DNA of 64,000 nt from Desulfurococcales archaeon (GTDB taxonomy: Archaea > Thermoproteota > Thermoprotei_A > Sulfolobales > Desulfurococcaceae): the NCBI GenBank assembly GCA_027022365.1, contig JALVYU010000026.1, forward strand, positions 128,001 to 192,000, read 5' to 3'. Below, one piece after another: positions 1 to 10,244 of this stretch. Every line of letters starts with the position of its first letter. Positions within the stretch are counted from its first letter, which is position 1. The position numbers and the translations under genes are program-made. Below the pieces are notes generated by a model that ran no database searches, was not told where the DNA came from, and saw nothing but the letters and a program-made list of their open reading frames with translations.

Positions 1-501
1 TACGATGATCCCTACAAGACGGTCTTGATAAATTCACATGAGAAAGCCCTTAGCGTATTGTATGAAGCCCCTCCGAGAGCGGTGATCATTGGAGCCGATA
101 CAATTATATATTCAAAACAATACGGTATCATAGGAAAGCCTCGGAGTATGAACGAGGCAGCCGAGATACTATTGAAACTACGGGGGAAATGGCACTCCGT
201 AATAACCGGCGTAACTATAATTGATGTTGATACCCTAGCAACAAGCAGTTTCACCACAGAAACCAGTGTTAAGCTAAGGGATTTCACGGAACAAGAACTA
301 CATGAGTATCTAGCAACAATGGAGCCCATGGGGAAAGCAGGCGCCTACGCGATACAGGGGATCGGTGCATTATTCGTTGAAATAATAGTTGGTGACTTCT
401 ACAACGTTGTTGGGCTACCTCTGTCCAGGCTCTACGTAGAGCTAAGGAAGTACGGTATAGACCTTCTGAACGAGTTCCTCAAGAAAAAAGTAGTTGGCTG
501 A
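1..501 (+). CDS. maf: Maf-family nucleoside triphosphate pyrophosphatase (5' end lies before the window)
   Basis: GADT, GKP, HSVITGV, GKAGAYAIQG and NVVGLP motifs; frame is open back to position 1. Confidence 0.92.
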   Translation, partial: YDDPYKTVLINSHEKALSVLYEAPPRAVIIGADTIIYSKQYGIIGKPRSMNEAAEILLKLRGKWHSVITGVTIIDVDTLATSSFTTETSVKLRDFTEQELHEYLATMEPMGKAGAYAIQGIGALFVEIIVGDFYNVVGLPLSRLYVELRKYGIDLLNEFLKKKVVG

Positions 502-506
502 TAATA

Positions 507-1631
507 TTGTTCGAGTACTTCTACCTAAGACCCGATGCCTTAAGCGTGTGGGCTGACCCCGATGTCAGGGAGAGGCTATCATGGTACTACAGCGTTATGA
601 AGAACGAAAAACCAGCTAAGTTCATCATAGCCCGTAGTCTAGAGATAGACCTAGACCCCTATGACCCTGAGATCACGGAGGAAGAGCTATGGAGAATACA
701 TGAGAAATACCGGGACACCTTCAGGAAGATATGGGTGGAAATTAGAGAAGGACATGTCGAATTAGAAAAACAGGATTCTTATCCAAAACATAGTTTTCTA
801 GACCTAAAAATATCGTTAGCCAAAAGACTCTATAGTCCCTGCCGACTATGTGCGAGAAGATGCGGAGCCGAGAGAAATATGGGTCAGAAAGGAGTATGCG
901 GTGTTAGCGGTCACTGCATTGTACACTCGTATTTCCACCACCTAGGCGAAGAAGCCCCACTTGTCCCAAGCGGCACAATATTCTATGGAGGATGCCCCCT
1001 AAAGTGTGTTTATTGCCAGAACTGGGATATCAGCCAGGTAGGTATAGAGGATGGAGCAAAGATAACGCCGTTCAGACTGGCTGAGATACAGAAAGAGTTG
1101 AGGCTGGGTGGGGCACGTAACATCAACCATGTCGGAGGAGATCCAATACCACACATACCATTTATTCTTGAGAGCTTAAAGTACTTGGACGTGAATGTTC
1201 CACAGCTATGGAATAGCAATATGTACATGACCAGGGAAGCGCTCACTCTGATCATTGATGTTATAGACATCTGGCTCCCCGATCTAAAGTACGGTAATAA
1301 TAAATGTGCCGAGAAATACTCGCTCGTCAAGAACTACTGGGAGATTGTTACCCATAACATAAGGATAGCTCATGATAATGGCGACATGATAATAAGGCAT
1401 CTAGTACTCCCTGGCCACATTAACTGCTGTACCGAGAAAATACTGAAATGGATCGCAGAGAACACGCCGAGAGCACTAGTCAATATCATGGATCAGTATA
1501 GGCCGGAATACCTTGTTAGAAAGTATCCGGAACGATATCCAGAAATAGCGAGACGTATAAAGAAAGAGGAACTCCTCGAAGCATATAGGTTGGCCGATGA
1601 GCTAGGAATAGTTTTTAGACCGGTATCCTGA
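507..1631 (+). CDS. Radical SAM protein, PflX-like
   Basis: CPLKCVYCQN radical-SAM motif, CRLCARRC, GEEAPLVPSGTIF, IIRHLVLPGH. Confidence 0.85.
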   Translation: MFEYFYLRPDALSVWADPDVRERLSWYYSVMKNEKPAKFIIARSLEIDLDPYDPEITEEELWRIHEKYRDTFRKIWVEIREGHVELEKQDSYPKHSFLDLKISLAKRLYSPCRLCARRCGAERNMGQKGVCGVSGHCIVHSYFHHLGEEAPLVPSGTIFYGGCPLKCVYCQNWDISQVGIEDGAKITPFRLAEIQKELRLGGARNINHVGGDPIPHIPFILESLKYLDVNVPQLWNSNMYMTREALTLIIDVIDIWLPDLKYGNNKCAEKYSLVKNYWEIVTHNIRIAHDNGDMIIRHLVLPGHINCCTEKILKWIAENTPRALVNIMDQYRPEYLVRKYPERYPEIARRIKKEELLEAYRLADELGIVFRPVS

Positions 1632-1645
1632 ATCCGCATAGATGT

Positions 1646-2062
1646 ATGGTGAACAACGTGTCAGCCATGGAAAATGTTAGCGAGTACTGGTTCCTAGACC
1701 ACTATAGAGTAATTGTGGCAAGGCTTGCCTCGGGAAAATATCTTTTGTCGGTGGATGTTTACAGGCGTAACTGGGTCTTTGAAGAACACGATCAAGTATG
1801 TATTAAGGACTACTGCCTCTTATATGCCGAGGTGGATCCCGGCAGATATGATCTCGCGGACAAGGGTGTCTCAAAAATAATAGTTACGGGTTTCAAATAC
1901 GATGGTCGTAAGGAGACAATAAACGTACGCTATATAATGGATCAACAACCAACATACCCCTTGATAGAAAGACTGTTCTATCAGTCATGGCGGATTATTG
2001 GTTGTGGACAACCTGTGTCCGCATGGGAAACTAGATGTCCCGAGGAGAAGAACCGGGTATAA
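1646..2062 (+). CDS. Hypothetical protein
   Basis: 138-aa ORF filling the gap between co-oriented genes; no recognised motif. Confidence 0.6.
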   Translation: MVNNVSAMENVSEYWFLDHYRVIVARLASGKYLLSVDVYRRNWVFEEHDQVCIKDYCLLYAEVDPGRYDLADKGVSKIIVTGFKYDGRKETINVRYIMDQQPTYPLIERLFYQSWRIIGCGQPVSAWETRCPEEKNRV

Positions 2063-2138
2063 CTTATTTTAATCACACATTGTATTATTAATTAGTTCAA
2101 TCTTTACGATACGAGAAAGATAGTACTAGGTGTGAGTA

Positions 2139-4589
2139 TTGGGGTTTAAGCCGAAGATAAAGGATAAGCGTTGGAGCATTGATAAAGAGAAGCAACTTTA
2201 CGAGAAATGGATGGAGGAAAAACTCTACGAGTTCAAATTTGATCCAAAAGATAAGAGGCCAATAATAGCGGTTGATACCCCCCCGCCATACGCGAGCGGG
2301 AAATGGCATGTCGGGGGGACAGCTCATTATGCACAGATCGACATGATTGCAAGGTACTTTAGAATGAAGGGATATAACGTACTCGTGCCATTCTATGCGG
2401 ACAGAAATGGTTTACCCGTAGAGGTACAGGTCGAGAAGGCATACGGTATAAACCCGCATGAAATATCACAGACCCCTGAAGGGAGAGAGCATTTCCTAAA
2501 ACTATGCAAGGAATTTCTCGATAAGGCCGAAGACGAGATAGTTAAGGTGTGGAGGAAGATAGGTTGTAGCTTCGACTACTGGAGAAACGGCACGGATAGC
2601 CCAGAGTATAGGAGGATAACCCAGGCAACGTTCATCGAGCTATTCAATAAGGGCCTAATATACGAGGATGAAAGACCCGTCAACTGGTGTCCCCGATGCA
2701 GGACAACGCTGGCGGACGCGGAGCTAGAGCACAAGGATGTCGAGGGATACCTCTACTACATCAAGTTCAAGATAAAGGAGACTGGAGAAGAAGTAGTAGT
2801 CGCTACAACTAGGCCCGAAATGCTCCGAGCATGTAAAGCCCTCGTCTATAACCCCGAGGATGAAAGGTATAAGAGGCTTAAGGGTCTTCACGCGATAAAC
2901 CCTGCTTATGGACACGAAATGATTATCACTGAGTATCCAGAAGTAGATCCTTCATTTGGCACAGGCCTTGTAATGGTATGTAGTTATGGTGACCAGACAG
3001 ATGTCAAGATGTTCCGGGACCTCTGCCTGGAGCCAACGATAATAATCGATAAAGACGGCAGGATGAGGGATATAACGGGGCCATTGGCCGGGCTAACAGT
3101 TGAGGAGGCCAGGAAGAAGATCGTCGAGATACTCGAGGAGAAGGGAGCCTTAGTCAAGAAGGAGAAGATCAAGCACAGCATCCCCATATGTTGGCGTTGC
3201 AAGACACCCATCCAAATAATACATACTAGGGAATGGTTCCTAAAACAACTAGACTTCAAAGACCAAATAAGAAGAATAGCTGAAGAGATAAGCTTCCACC
3301 CCGAAATGCATAGGAAAAAACTTCTAGACTGGATAGACAGTGTCTCAACTGACTGGCCCATAAGCAGGGACAGATACTACGCTACAGAGGTACCATTGTG
3401 GAGATGCCGTCGCTGTGGAGCCGTACTAGTGCCGGAGCCCGGCAAATACTATAGGCCGTGGATCGATGAGCCTCCATGGGATAAGTGTCCGAGATGTGGT
3501 GCACCCAAAGAAGAGCTTGAGGGAGAGAAAAAAGTATTTGATACATGGTTTGACTCAAGCATATCGGTTCTCTACGTAACCGGGTATAGGAGGAACGAGG
3601 AGTTATTCAAAAGAGCATTCAATAACACGCTCAGGCCTCAGGGACAAGACATTATCAGGACATGGCTATACTATAGCCTCCTAAGAGTATACCAGCTCAC
3701 AGGAAAACCGGCATTTAAATGGGTAAGAATAACAGGTATGGGGCTGGACGAGAAAGGAGAAGCTATGCATAAGTCAAAGGGCAACATCATCGACCCAGAG
3801 CCCTACATAGAAAAGTATGGCGCCGACGCGTTCCGCTACTGGGCTGCAGCGGCCTCAAAGCTCGGATATGACTATAGGTTCTCCGAACAAATGCTTAGAA
3901 CGGGCCTTCTTTTCGCCACCAAGCTATGGAATATAGCCAGATTCATATCGATGTTCCCGGAGCCGGACGATATTAGCGAGGATAAACTGGAGCCTATAGA
4001 TAAGGCAACGATCGCCCTGCTGCATAGGGAGCTGAAGGAAATAGATAGAGCATACAGCGATCTAGACGTGTACGAACCAGTAACCCGGATATACCAGTAT
4101 ACATGGAACTACTTCGCCTCCAACTACATGGAACTCATTAAATCCAGGGCCTATAACCGGGATAACTCCTTCACGGAGTCAGAGCAAAAAGCCGCGTGGT
4201 ACACCCTCCACTACGTGCTGAAGACGATATTAAGAGCACTCGCACCCATAATGCCCTTCGTAACAGATGCGATCTATAGGGAACTATACGGAAAGACAGT
4301 CCACCTCGAGCACTTCCCGGACCCCGAGGATAAATGGTTAGTAACGCCAGCTGATCTAGCGGAAATACTGGTTCAGGCAAACTCGGCTATATGGAGCTAC
4401 AAGAAGAAAAACAACATTAGATTTAAGAAGGCATTGCCAGGAACACTGCTACTGCCCGAGAAAATGCGGCCACTCGAGAAAGACTTCATAAGACTTCACC
4501 ATATAACAGATTACGTGTTCTATAAGGAGAACGAGAAGCCCGAGAAAGCAATAGAGATAGGGGCAGGCATATATCTAGTCCAGTCCTAG
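2139..4589 (+). CDS. valS: Valine--tRNA ligase
   Basis: DTPPPYASGKWHVG (HIGH-like), DWPISR, DTWFDSS, AMHKSKGN (KMSKS-like). Confidence 0.96.
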   Translation: MGFKPKIKDKRWSIDKEKQLYEKWMEEKLYEFKFDPKDKRPIIAVDTPPPYASGKWHVGGTAHYAQIDMIARYFRMKGYNVLVPFYADRNGLPVEVQVEKAYGINPHEISQTPEGREHFLKLCKEFLDKAEDEIVKVWRKIGCSFDYWRNGTDSPEYRRITQATFIELFNKGLIYEDERPVNWCPRCRTTLADAELEHKDVEGYLYYIKFKIKETGEEVVVATTRPEMLRACKALVYNPEDERYKRLKGLHAINPAYGHEMIITEYPEVDPSFGTGLVMVCSYGDQTDVKMFRDLCLEPTIIIDKDGRMRDITGPLAGLTVEEARKKIVEILEEKGALVKKEKIKHSIPICWRCKTPIQIIHTREWFLKQLDFKDQIRRIAEEISFHPEMHRKKLLDWIDSVSTDWPISRDRYYATEVPLWRCRRCGAVLVPEPGKYYRPWIDEPPWDKCPRCGAPKEELEGEKKVFDTWFDSSISVLYVTGYRRNEELFKRAFNNTLRPQGQDIIRTWLYYSLLRVYQLTGKPAFKWVRITGMGLDEKGEAMHKSKGNIIDPEPYIEKYGADAFRYWAAAASKLGYDYRFSEQMLRTGLLFATKLWNIARFISMFPEPDDISEDKLEPIDKATIALLHRELKEIDRAYSDLDVYEPVTRIYQYTWNYFASNYMELIKSRAYNRDNSFTESEQKAAWYTLHYVLKTILRALAPIMPFVTDAIYRELYGKTVHLEHFPDPEDKWLVTPADLAEILVQANSAIWSYKKKNNIRFKKALPGTLLLPEKMRPLEKDFIRLHHITDYVFYKENEKPEKAIEIGAGIYLVQS

Positions 4590-5237
4590 CCTTCTCCTAA
4601 TACTCCAACCAACTCTTTTAACAAACGCCCTAAAATCAGGATATCCATAGTGGGGCTGAACACGTCCTCTTTTAACAGCTTCCAGTACATTCTCAACGCT
4701 GGGTTCATCAACATCTATCACAGTGTACGCTACACCAATATATTCGGGAATATGAGCGTCGCTAGAAGCTATGCCGGGGAGACCCAGTATTTTAGCGGCT
4801 TTTATGGCCTCTTTATTCGCGTTTGGAGGCGCTGACGCATTCCATACTTCGACCGCATCCCATCCACGAATGCTATAAAGGTTTTCGCCAACCCCATGTC
4901 TTATGATATCGAAGGGATGAGCCGGAACAACTAAGCAATTGTTTTCATGCGCCCGATCTATTAGTTCCAAAGCATTTCTAGGGGGATCAAATGCCTCGAG
5001 ACAATATACCAGTATATCGCCCAGATCTGTTCTAACCTCGTTACCTATAATTACTAGGGGCGCGTCGGGTAGTTCCTTAGCATAACGGGAACCAATAATT
5101 GCACCCTGGAAACTATTATGGTCCGTAATACTGATGATCTCGATGCCTTTATTGATTGCTTCGAGAATAATATCCTTTGGCGTACAACGGCCATCACTGT
5201 ACGTGCTATGTATGTGGAGATCCGCTTTGAGCCTCAA
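4575..5237 (-). CDS. PHP-domain phosphoesterase
   Basis: DLHIHSTYSDG, ITDHN, AHPF, SDAH motifs. Confidence 0.9.
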   Translation of the reverse strand: MRLKADLHIHSTYSDGRCTPKDIILEAINKGIEIISITDHNSFQGAIIGSRYAKELPDAPLVIIGNEVRTDLGDILVYCLEAFDPPRNALELIDRAHENNCLVVPAHPFDIIRHGVGENLYSIRGWDAVEVWNASAPPNANKEAIKAAKILGLPGIASSDAHIPEYIGVAYTVIDVDEPSVENVLEAVKRGRVQPHYGYPDFRAFVKRVGWSIRRRLGLD

Positions 5238-5260
5238 AGCTCTATCACCGGTGGGATGTA

Positions 5261-5449
5261 TTGGTTAGTGTGATGGTTGATCGTGGTAGATGTAATATGT
5301 GTAAGCTATGCGTTGAATACTGTCCCGCACATGTATTTGTGATCATTGATGGAGAGCTCGTGGTTAAGCAGGAAAACTGTACAGAGTGCTATGCATGTAT
5401 TCCTTTATGTCCCGAAAAAGCGATCAATATAATCGATGATGATCCCTAG
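5261..5449 (+). CDS. 2x[4Fe-4S] ferredoxin
   Basis: Two CxxCxxCxxxCP motifs in 62 aa. Confidence 0.9.
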   Translation: MVSVMVDRGRCNMCKLCVEYCPAHVFVIIDGELVVKQENCTECYACIPLCPEKAINIIDDDP

Positions 5450-5700
5450 TAGTAGGGTTTTAGCTCGCTTCCGCAGAATGGGCATTTATAGTGTACGTTT
5501 CTTGCATGAGCTGCACAGAAATATGCTTCTCGACCAGCTTTTAAGCACTTCGGACAGTAGTATACGTCCCCGGTATCAACCGCTTTGAAGAGGTCTAGAT
5601 CTCTGTGGCAGATCACGCATTTGACGGTGGTCCATCCCTTATGTCCTGCCTTGTTGACGCCTTTTAGCAATCCGATCGTCATATTCTTTTCACCCAACAT
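5446..5700 (-). CDS. Small double zinc-finger protein
   Basis: CVIC, CPKC, CAAH, CPFC ligand pairs. Confidence 0.7.
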   Translation of the reverse strand: MLGEKNMTIGLLKGVNKAGHKGWTTVKCVICHRDLDLFKAVDTGDVYYCPKCLKAGREAYFCAAHARNVHYKCPFCGSELKPYY

Positions 5701-5761
5701 ATAATACTATACTCGAACTGTAGGATAGGGGAATATTTCCCTAATAACATTTATCTCGGCG

Positions 5762-6499
5762 ATGACAATGAAAATAGCTGCGACAGCAGATATCCATAGC
5801 CCTAAGTACTTGGCCCTGTTTATAAGATCACTTAGGAAACTTAAAGAAAAACCATCTCTCTTCATCCTAGCCGGGGATCTTGTCTACAAGAATAGAATCG
5901 AGATGCTGAAACCTGTTGTAGACGCCATACACAGGATGCTCGGAAACATAACAATTATCAGCGTATTTGGTAATGAGGAGTTCAGAGATCATGAAGAAGA
6001 ATATGTGAAGAAATACCCTGAGATTACCTGGCTTAATGACAACTACACAGTGGTTCAAGCGGATGATTTAAAAATAGGATTCATAGGCACAAGAGGAGCG
6101 CTCGACAAGCCAACTACATGGCAGCTCAAAAACATACCTGGAATTAAGAGATACTACGACACATTGCCCGATAAGATAGCGGAGATAGCCTCAACCCTCA
6201 AGAACCGCGTAGACAGGGTGGTCCTCGTAAGCCATTATGGTGTAACTTATCGAAACCTAAAAGGAGAACCAAGACATGTATGGCCACACTTAGCCTCTAC
6301 AAAATTCGAGAGGCTGATCGAGAAAGGATTGTTTGACATTGTTATCCATGGCCATGCACACAATGGATTGATCGAGAAAATAACTATTGGTGAAACACCG
6401 GTATACAATGTATCTCTCCCGGCGAGAAAAAAGATCGTAATGATAGATATAGATCAATATACCCCGCAAGGCCTAGAGAGATGGATATTTAGACGCTGA
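5762..6499 (+). CDS. Calcineurin-like metallophosphoesterase
   Basis: DIH, GDLV, GNEE, SH, HGHAH motifs. Confidence 0.88.
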   Translation: MTMKIAATADIHSPKYLALFIRSLRKLKEKPSLFILAGDLVYKNRIEMLKPVVDAIHRMLGNITIISVFGNEEFRDHEEEYVKKYPEITWLNDNYTVVQADDLKIGFIGTRGALDKPTTWQLKNIPGIKRYYDTLPDKIAEIASTLKNRVDRVVLVSHYGVTYRNLKGEPRHVWPHLASTKFERLIEKGLFDIVIHGHAHNGLIEKITIGETPVYNVSLPARKKIVMIDIDQYTPQGLERWIFRR

Positions 6500-6547
6500 G
6501 CACAATGAAATAGTATGCTAGAACATGCTTGTCCACGGTGTTAGTTA

Positions 6548-7342
6548 TTGGCAGGCATTCCGATCTGGCAGAGCGCTCCACATAGGAGACCAGTAGTCAC
6601 GCTCACAATAATCGCTTTAAATTTCATAATATTCATACTCATGTATGTTGATCCATCCCTCCTCGTCAACGGTGCCAAAACCTATTTTGATGTACAACGT
6701 GCTCTGGCAATGGTGCCCCTAGATATAGTGATGGGGCGCCGCCTATGGACTATATTCACCGCAATGTTTCTTCACGCCAACCTTATCCACATTCTCGGTA
6801 ACATGATATTCCTGTTTTTCTTCGGCGCTCCCGTAGAGAGCGTTATGGGTAAGAAGAGATACATCGTATTCTATTTTCTATGCGGTGTTCTAGCAGCATT
6901 TTTCCATATATTTAGTATCGCTATAACGCCCCAGGAAACACTGGCTGGCTCTTATTCAGGTATTAACCCCTGGATAGTGCCTACTCTGGGGGCCTCCGGC
7001 GCTATCAGCGGCGTTATGGGTGCTTACCTGGTATTCTATCCTAGATCGAAGATAACAATGGTTTACCCGATATGGTTTATACCATTGATATTCACGCTGC
7101 CGGCATGGGCTTATATAATCATGTGGTTCATATTCCAGTTGGTCATGGGAGTATATGTATTGATAGGATTTGCGTCCTCGGTAGCGTTTTGGGCTCATAT
7201 AGGAGGATTCCTCTCAGGCATAGCTTTCGCCCCGTTCTTCATGGATCCAAGGATTAAAGCACAGATAAAGGTATTTAGGAGCCTAGAAAAGCACATAGGA
7301 GAACCCATGAGCGAACTATACTATGACGACTTCATCTACTAA
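6548..7342 (+). CDS. Rhomboid family intramembrane serine protease
   Basis: HxxxxHILGNM, GASGA, AHIGG motifs; multiple TM segments. Confidence 0.93.
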   Translation: MAGIPIWQSAPHRRPVVTLTIIALNFIIFILMYVDPSLLVNGAKTYFDVQRALAMVPLDIVMGRRLWTIFTAMFLHANLIHILGNMIFLFFFGAPVESVMGKKRYIVFYFLCGVLAAFFHIFSIAITPQETLAGSYSGINPWIVPTLGASGAISGVMGAYLVFYPRSKITMVYPIWFIPLIFTLPAWAYIIMWFIFQLVMGVYVLIGFASSVAFWAHIGGFLSGIAFAPFFMDPRIKAQIKVFRSLEKHIGEPMSELYYDDFIY

Positions 7343-7347
7343 GAGCC

Positions 7348-8232
7348 TCATGGTCTTAGCCCCTCATATATTGCGAGGCTCGTTATTATCGCCACCAACC
7401 CGATATACTCTCTGAACAAGCGTTTCTCCTTCCTAAGCCGTAAATCTATGTTGAACAGCATCTTGCTTCCTTCTCTAGAAGTCATCAGTCCATTGTTTCT
7501 CGCTTCCTCGACCATTTTTTCAGCCCAGCTTGGAAGTCTCTTTTCTATTAGATCCAAGTATGTGGCGACGACTGCGGATTCTGGATCGCTATACTTCCTA
7601 TTATATTCAATTAGTCGTTTAACGTGGTCGAATAACTCAGTATATCTTGTGTCTAGCGACATGAAACCAGGCCATTTGCTCCCAAGAACTCTGAAGACGT
7701 CCTCAAGAGTCATGCCGCTCTCCAGCGCGTGCACATGGTCTATGCCCGACGTCCTGAGATGATCGACCATATCGTATCTATGAATGCTTCTAAGAGCATC
7801 TATGAACACCTTTATATCTCTCCAACCGGTGCCGTGGAGGAATATGTTCAGCGTTCTACGTATCTTCCCCGAATCCTTAACAATACTGTCTACGTCCGTG
7901 TATGCTAGCACGGAGGCATAGATTAGGTGGGGGACAATGATGTCTGGGAACACATGGTCGGGAATCCACCTATATGCTTCTCTCAGCGCTTTCCCTAATA
8001 GTGTTCCCCAGGAGGCGTGGGGGGCTGCTAGTTCTCCTCGCCTTATCTTCTCACCGATCATGCTTGCTTGGTCTAAGTAGTCGATCACTGATACAAGCGA
8101 TGATACCAGATACCTTGCGTCCTTATCGAGGCTTAGCCTATGATAACATCCAGGCTTTATCGACGAGTAGACGGCGAGATGTACGCCCTCCATAAAGGAT
8201 TTTACAATGAAGGTGTTCAAAGTTTTTAACAC
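7348..8232 (-). CDS. CitG-like (triphosphoribosyl-dephospho-CoA synthase-like) protein, divergent
   Basis: N-terminal KPGxxHR motif and helical CitG-like layout; typical NTxxG and NPGxxAD motifs are not conserved. Confidence 0.5.
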   Translation of the reverse strand: MLKTLNTFIVKSFMEGVHLAVYSSIKPGCYHRLSLDKDARYLVSSLVSVIDYLDQASMIGEKIRRGELAAPHASWGTLLGKALREAYRWIPDHVFPDIIVPHLIYASVLAYTDVDSIVKDSGKIRRTLNIFLHGTGWRDIKVFIDALRSIHRYDMVDHLRTSGIDHVHALESGMTLEDVFRVLGSKWPGFMSLDTRYTELFDHVKRLIEYNRKYSDPESAVVATYLDLIEKRLPSWAEKMVEEARNNGLMTSREGSKMLFNIDLRLRKEKRLFREYIGLVAIITSLAIYEGLRP

Positions 8233-8264
8233 CCGCTCAAAGATTATAAGCTGTTAGGCGAATC

Positions 8265-8897
8265 ATGATAGTTGCTGGTTGTTCTATATTGAGACACAGT
8301 GTTATAGGTATTATTGTTGCCGCTGTGTATTGGCTAGCCATATTTTCGTCGCTGTTAGTCCTAACTGATCATTTAACTGCTTTGTTTGAAAGCAGTATTG
8401 TTGTCGCAACTCTTTATTTTGGCTCCAAAATAGTGGTCAGATTATCTAGCCATATCTTCATTAATGTTGGGGGCTTCTTTGTGCCTATGATTATTTCCGC
8501 CGAAATGCTTGCCAGGACATATAATATTGTAGCATTATATCCGCAAGTGCTTGTTGTACCTGTTTTCATAAATATAGTCGTCGCATATCTTTCATCCTAT
8601 GTCGTTGTAGGTCACGGCGTCATAGTGCGTTTTCTGCCGCCTATAATAGGTGTTTCGTCAGCTACAGCGCTTGTACTGTCCATGTATAATATCTCGCCAT
8701 ATTATTCACTGCCGCTATCAATAGTCGTGGGATACGTCTCGACCTTGCTTGGGGCAGATATTCTCGGTTATAGGAGTTCAAGAGAAAAGCTTGTCTTCGG
8801 CGGAGGAGGGTTTTATGACGCATTAGTAGTAATTCCTTTGTTCTCGCCCGGGATCTCGTATGGTCTCACTATTTTGAGCCTGCTCGTGATGAAGTAA
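8265..8897 (+). CDS. DUF1614-like membrane protein
   Basis: INVGGFFVP, TLLGADI, FGGGGFYDAL motifs; hydrophobic. Confidence 0.7.
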   Translation: MIVAGCSILRHSVIGIIVAAVYWLAIFSSLLVLTDHLTALFESSIVVATLYFGSKIVVRLSSHIFINVGGFFVPMIISAEMLARTYNIVALYPQVLVVPVFINIVVAYLSSYVVVGHGVIVRFLPPIIGVSSATALVLSMYNISPYYSLPLSIVVGYVSTLLGADILGYRSSREKLVFGGGGFYDALVVIPLFSPGISYGLTILSLLVMK

Positions 8898-8902
8898 CAC
8901 AT

Positions 8903-8968
8903 GGATCAGGGTGAGAGCTCCTCTTCACGAGTATAAGCTGATCCGATGGTTTGCTATTCATCATCTCC
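8903..8968 (-). ncRNA. C/D-box methylation guide sRNA (candidate)
   Basis: Minus strand: C box ATGATGA, 12-nt guide, D' CGGA, C' GTGAAGA, 12-nt guide, D box CTGA, GGA/TCC terminal stem. Confidence 0.75.
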
Positions 8969-9851
8969 TAGTCTTCTCTACTAGGTAGGAGATAATAGAT
9001 TTAGCCGGATCGATCCCGGTTGCTTCTCTTAGGCCACGCCATAACGGGAAAGCATTTGCTTCTACCACATAGTGTTTCCCGGTATTCTTATCGATTATTA
9101 TGTCGACGCCTGTATAGTCTAGGCCAAGAACCTCGGCTGTTTTGATCGCCGTCTCGAATTCATCGGGGTAGTCTTTCTCGGAAACCCTTACTCCTCGTGC
9201 ACCCTGAGCTATATTTGTTTTCCAGCCACTACTTACAACTCTCTTCATTGCCCCTATGACTTTCCCCCCTACAATAAATATCCTCAGATCATAGCCTGGC
9301 TTCTCAATATATTCTTGGAGATAGCTTGGTAGACGCAGTGATAACAGGCTCCTCGATATATGATAGGCTAGATCAGGATCCGGTATAAGTGTGGAGCCCA
9401 GGCCTAGGCTCCCTATTAGGGGTTTAAATACGGCTTTACCATGTTTATCCACGAAATCCTTCGCAATATATGGGTTCTCGGTCATTATAGTTGTCGGGAC
9501 AGGGATTCCGTTGAAGGCTAGTCTTAGTAGGCTACGCCACTTATCTCTCGTGTCAATGATCGCTCTCGAGGAATTGATTATACATATATTATGTTCCAAT
9601 GCCTCGATAATGCCCAGCCTCTTAAAGAATAGCTCTAAGCTAGGCGTTAGTCCTAGGCTTCTTACCACTGCAGCGTCTACTTCTACATTGTTTCTTCTGC
9701 TGTAGACCCGTATTTCGCCCCTATCGATCTCGGCATCTAGCTCCTGTATCTTCATGTATACTGGTGTATGGCCAAGCCCGCTGGTCGCCCTTATGAGGTC
9801 TTGTGCGCTCCAAGGAGGCGTGGATCGGTAGTGGATAATGCCTATTTTCAT
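8961..9851 (-). CDS. RimK-family ATP-grasp alpha-L-glutamate ligase
   Basis: RDKW, KPLIGSLGLG, YLQEYI, DLRIF, WKTNIAQG, GVDII, EANAFP motifs. Confidence 0.9.
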   Translation of the reverse strand: MKIGIIHYRSTPPWSAQDLIRATSGLGHTPVYMKIQELDAEIDRGEIRVYSRRNNVEVDAAVVRSLGLTPSLELFFKRLGIIEALEHNICIINSSRAIIDTRDKWRSLLRLAFNGIPVPTTIMTENPYIAKDFVDKHGKAVFKPLIGSLGLGSTLIPDPDLAYHISRSLLSLRLPSYLQEYIEKPGYDLRIFIVGGKVIGAMKRVVSSGWKTNIAQGARGVRVSEKDYPDEFETAIKTAEVLGLDYTGVDIIIDKNTGKHYVVEANAFPLWRGLREATGIDPAKSIISYLVEKTRR

Positions 9852-9864
9852 AAGATGATGTACC

Positions 9865-10212
9865 TCAGATCCTTGATAACTTCGTCACAGTAAACAATAT
9901 TATGATTGATACAACCGTCATTGTTACCGTGTAGAATGCGGATCCTAGTGCAGGATTGATTACCGTACCGGTGATCGCGCCAAGGGACATAGAGAGCAGT
10001 ACGAATGTCAGGAGAGCAATACCTTCACGCTCGCTTCTGTGCTCCTTGGTATAGTATGCGTGGTAGAGTAGGGTTATCGCGGCTATTACTGTGCATGCTA
10101 TAATTGTCTCGAGCTTAAACGTCATGGTGAGATACAGAAGATCAATATAGAGGATTATGAATGTTAGAATCAAGAATTTCCGGGAGTATGAAAGACGTTC
10201 GAGGATACCCAT
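9865..10212 (-). CDS. Hypothetical 4-TM membrane protein
   Basis: Hydrophobic 115-aa ORF in an operon-like run. Confidence 0.6.
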   Translation of the reverse strand: MGILERLSYSRKFLILTFIILYIDLLYLTMTFKLETIIACTVIAAITLLYHAYYTKEHRSEREGIALLTFVLLSMSLGAITGTVINPALGSAFYTVTMTVVSIIILFTVTKLSRI

Positions 10213-10244
10213 TAGTGCTCACTTCTCTTCCCAGTTATCCGTGT

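Noticed and set aside
8887-8940. Plus-strand C/D box pair (GTGATGA…CTGA)
   Set aside because: Poor internal boxes; the minus-strand candidate fits better and has plausible rRNA guides
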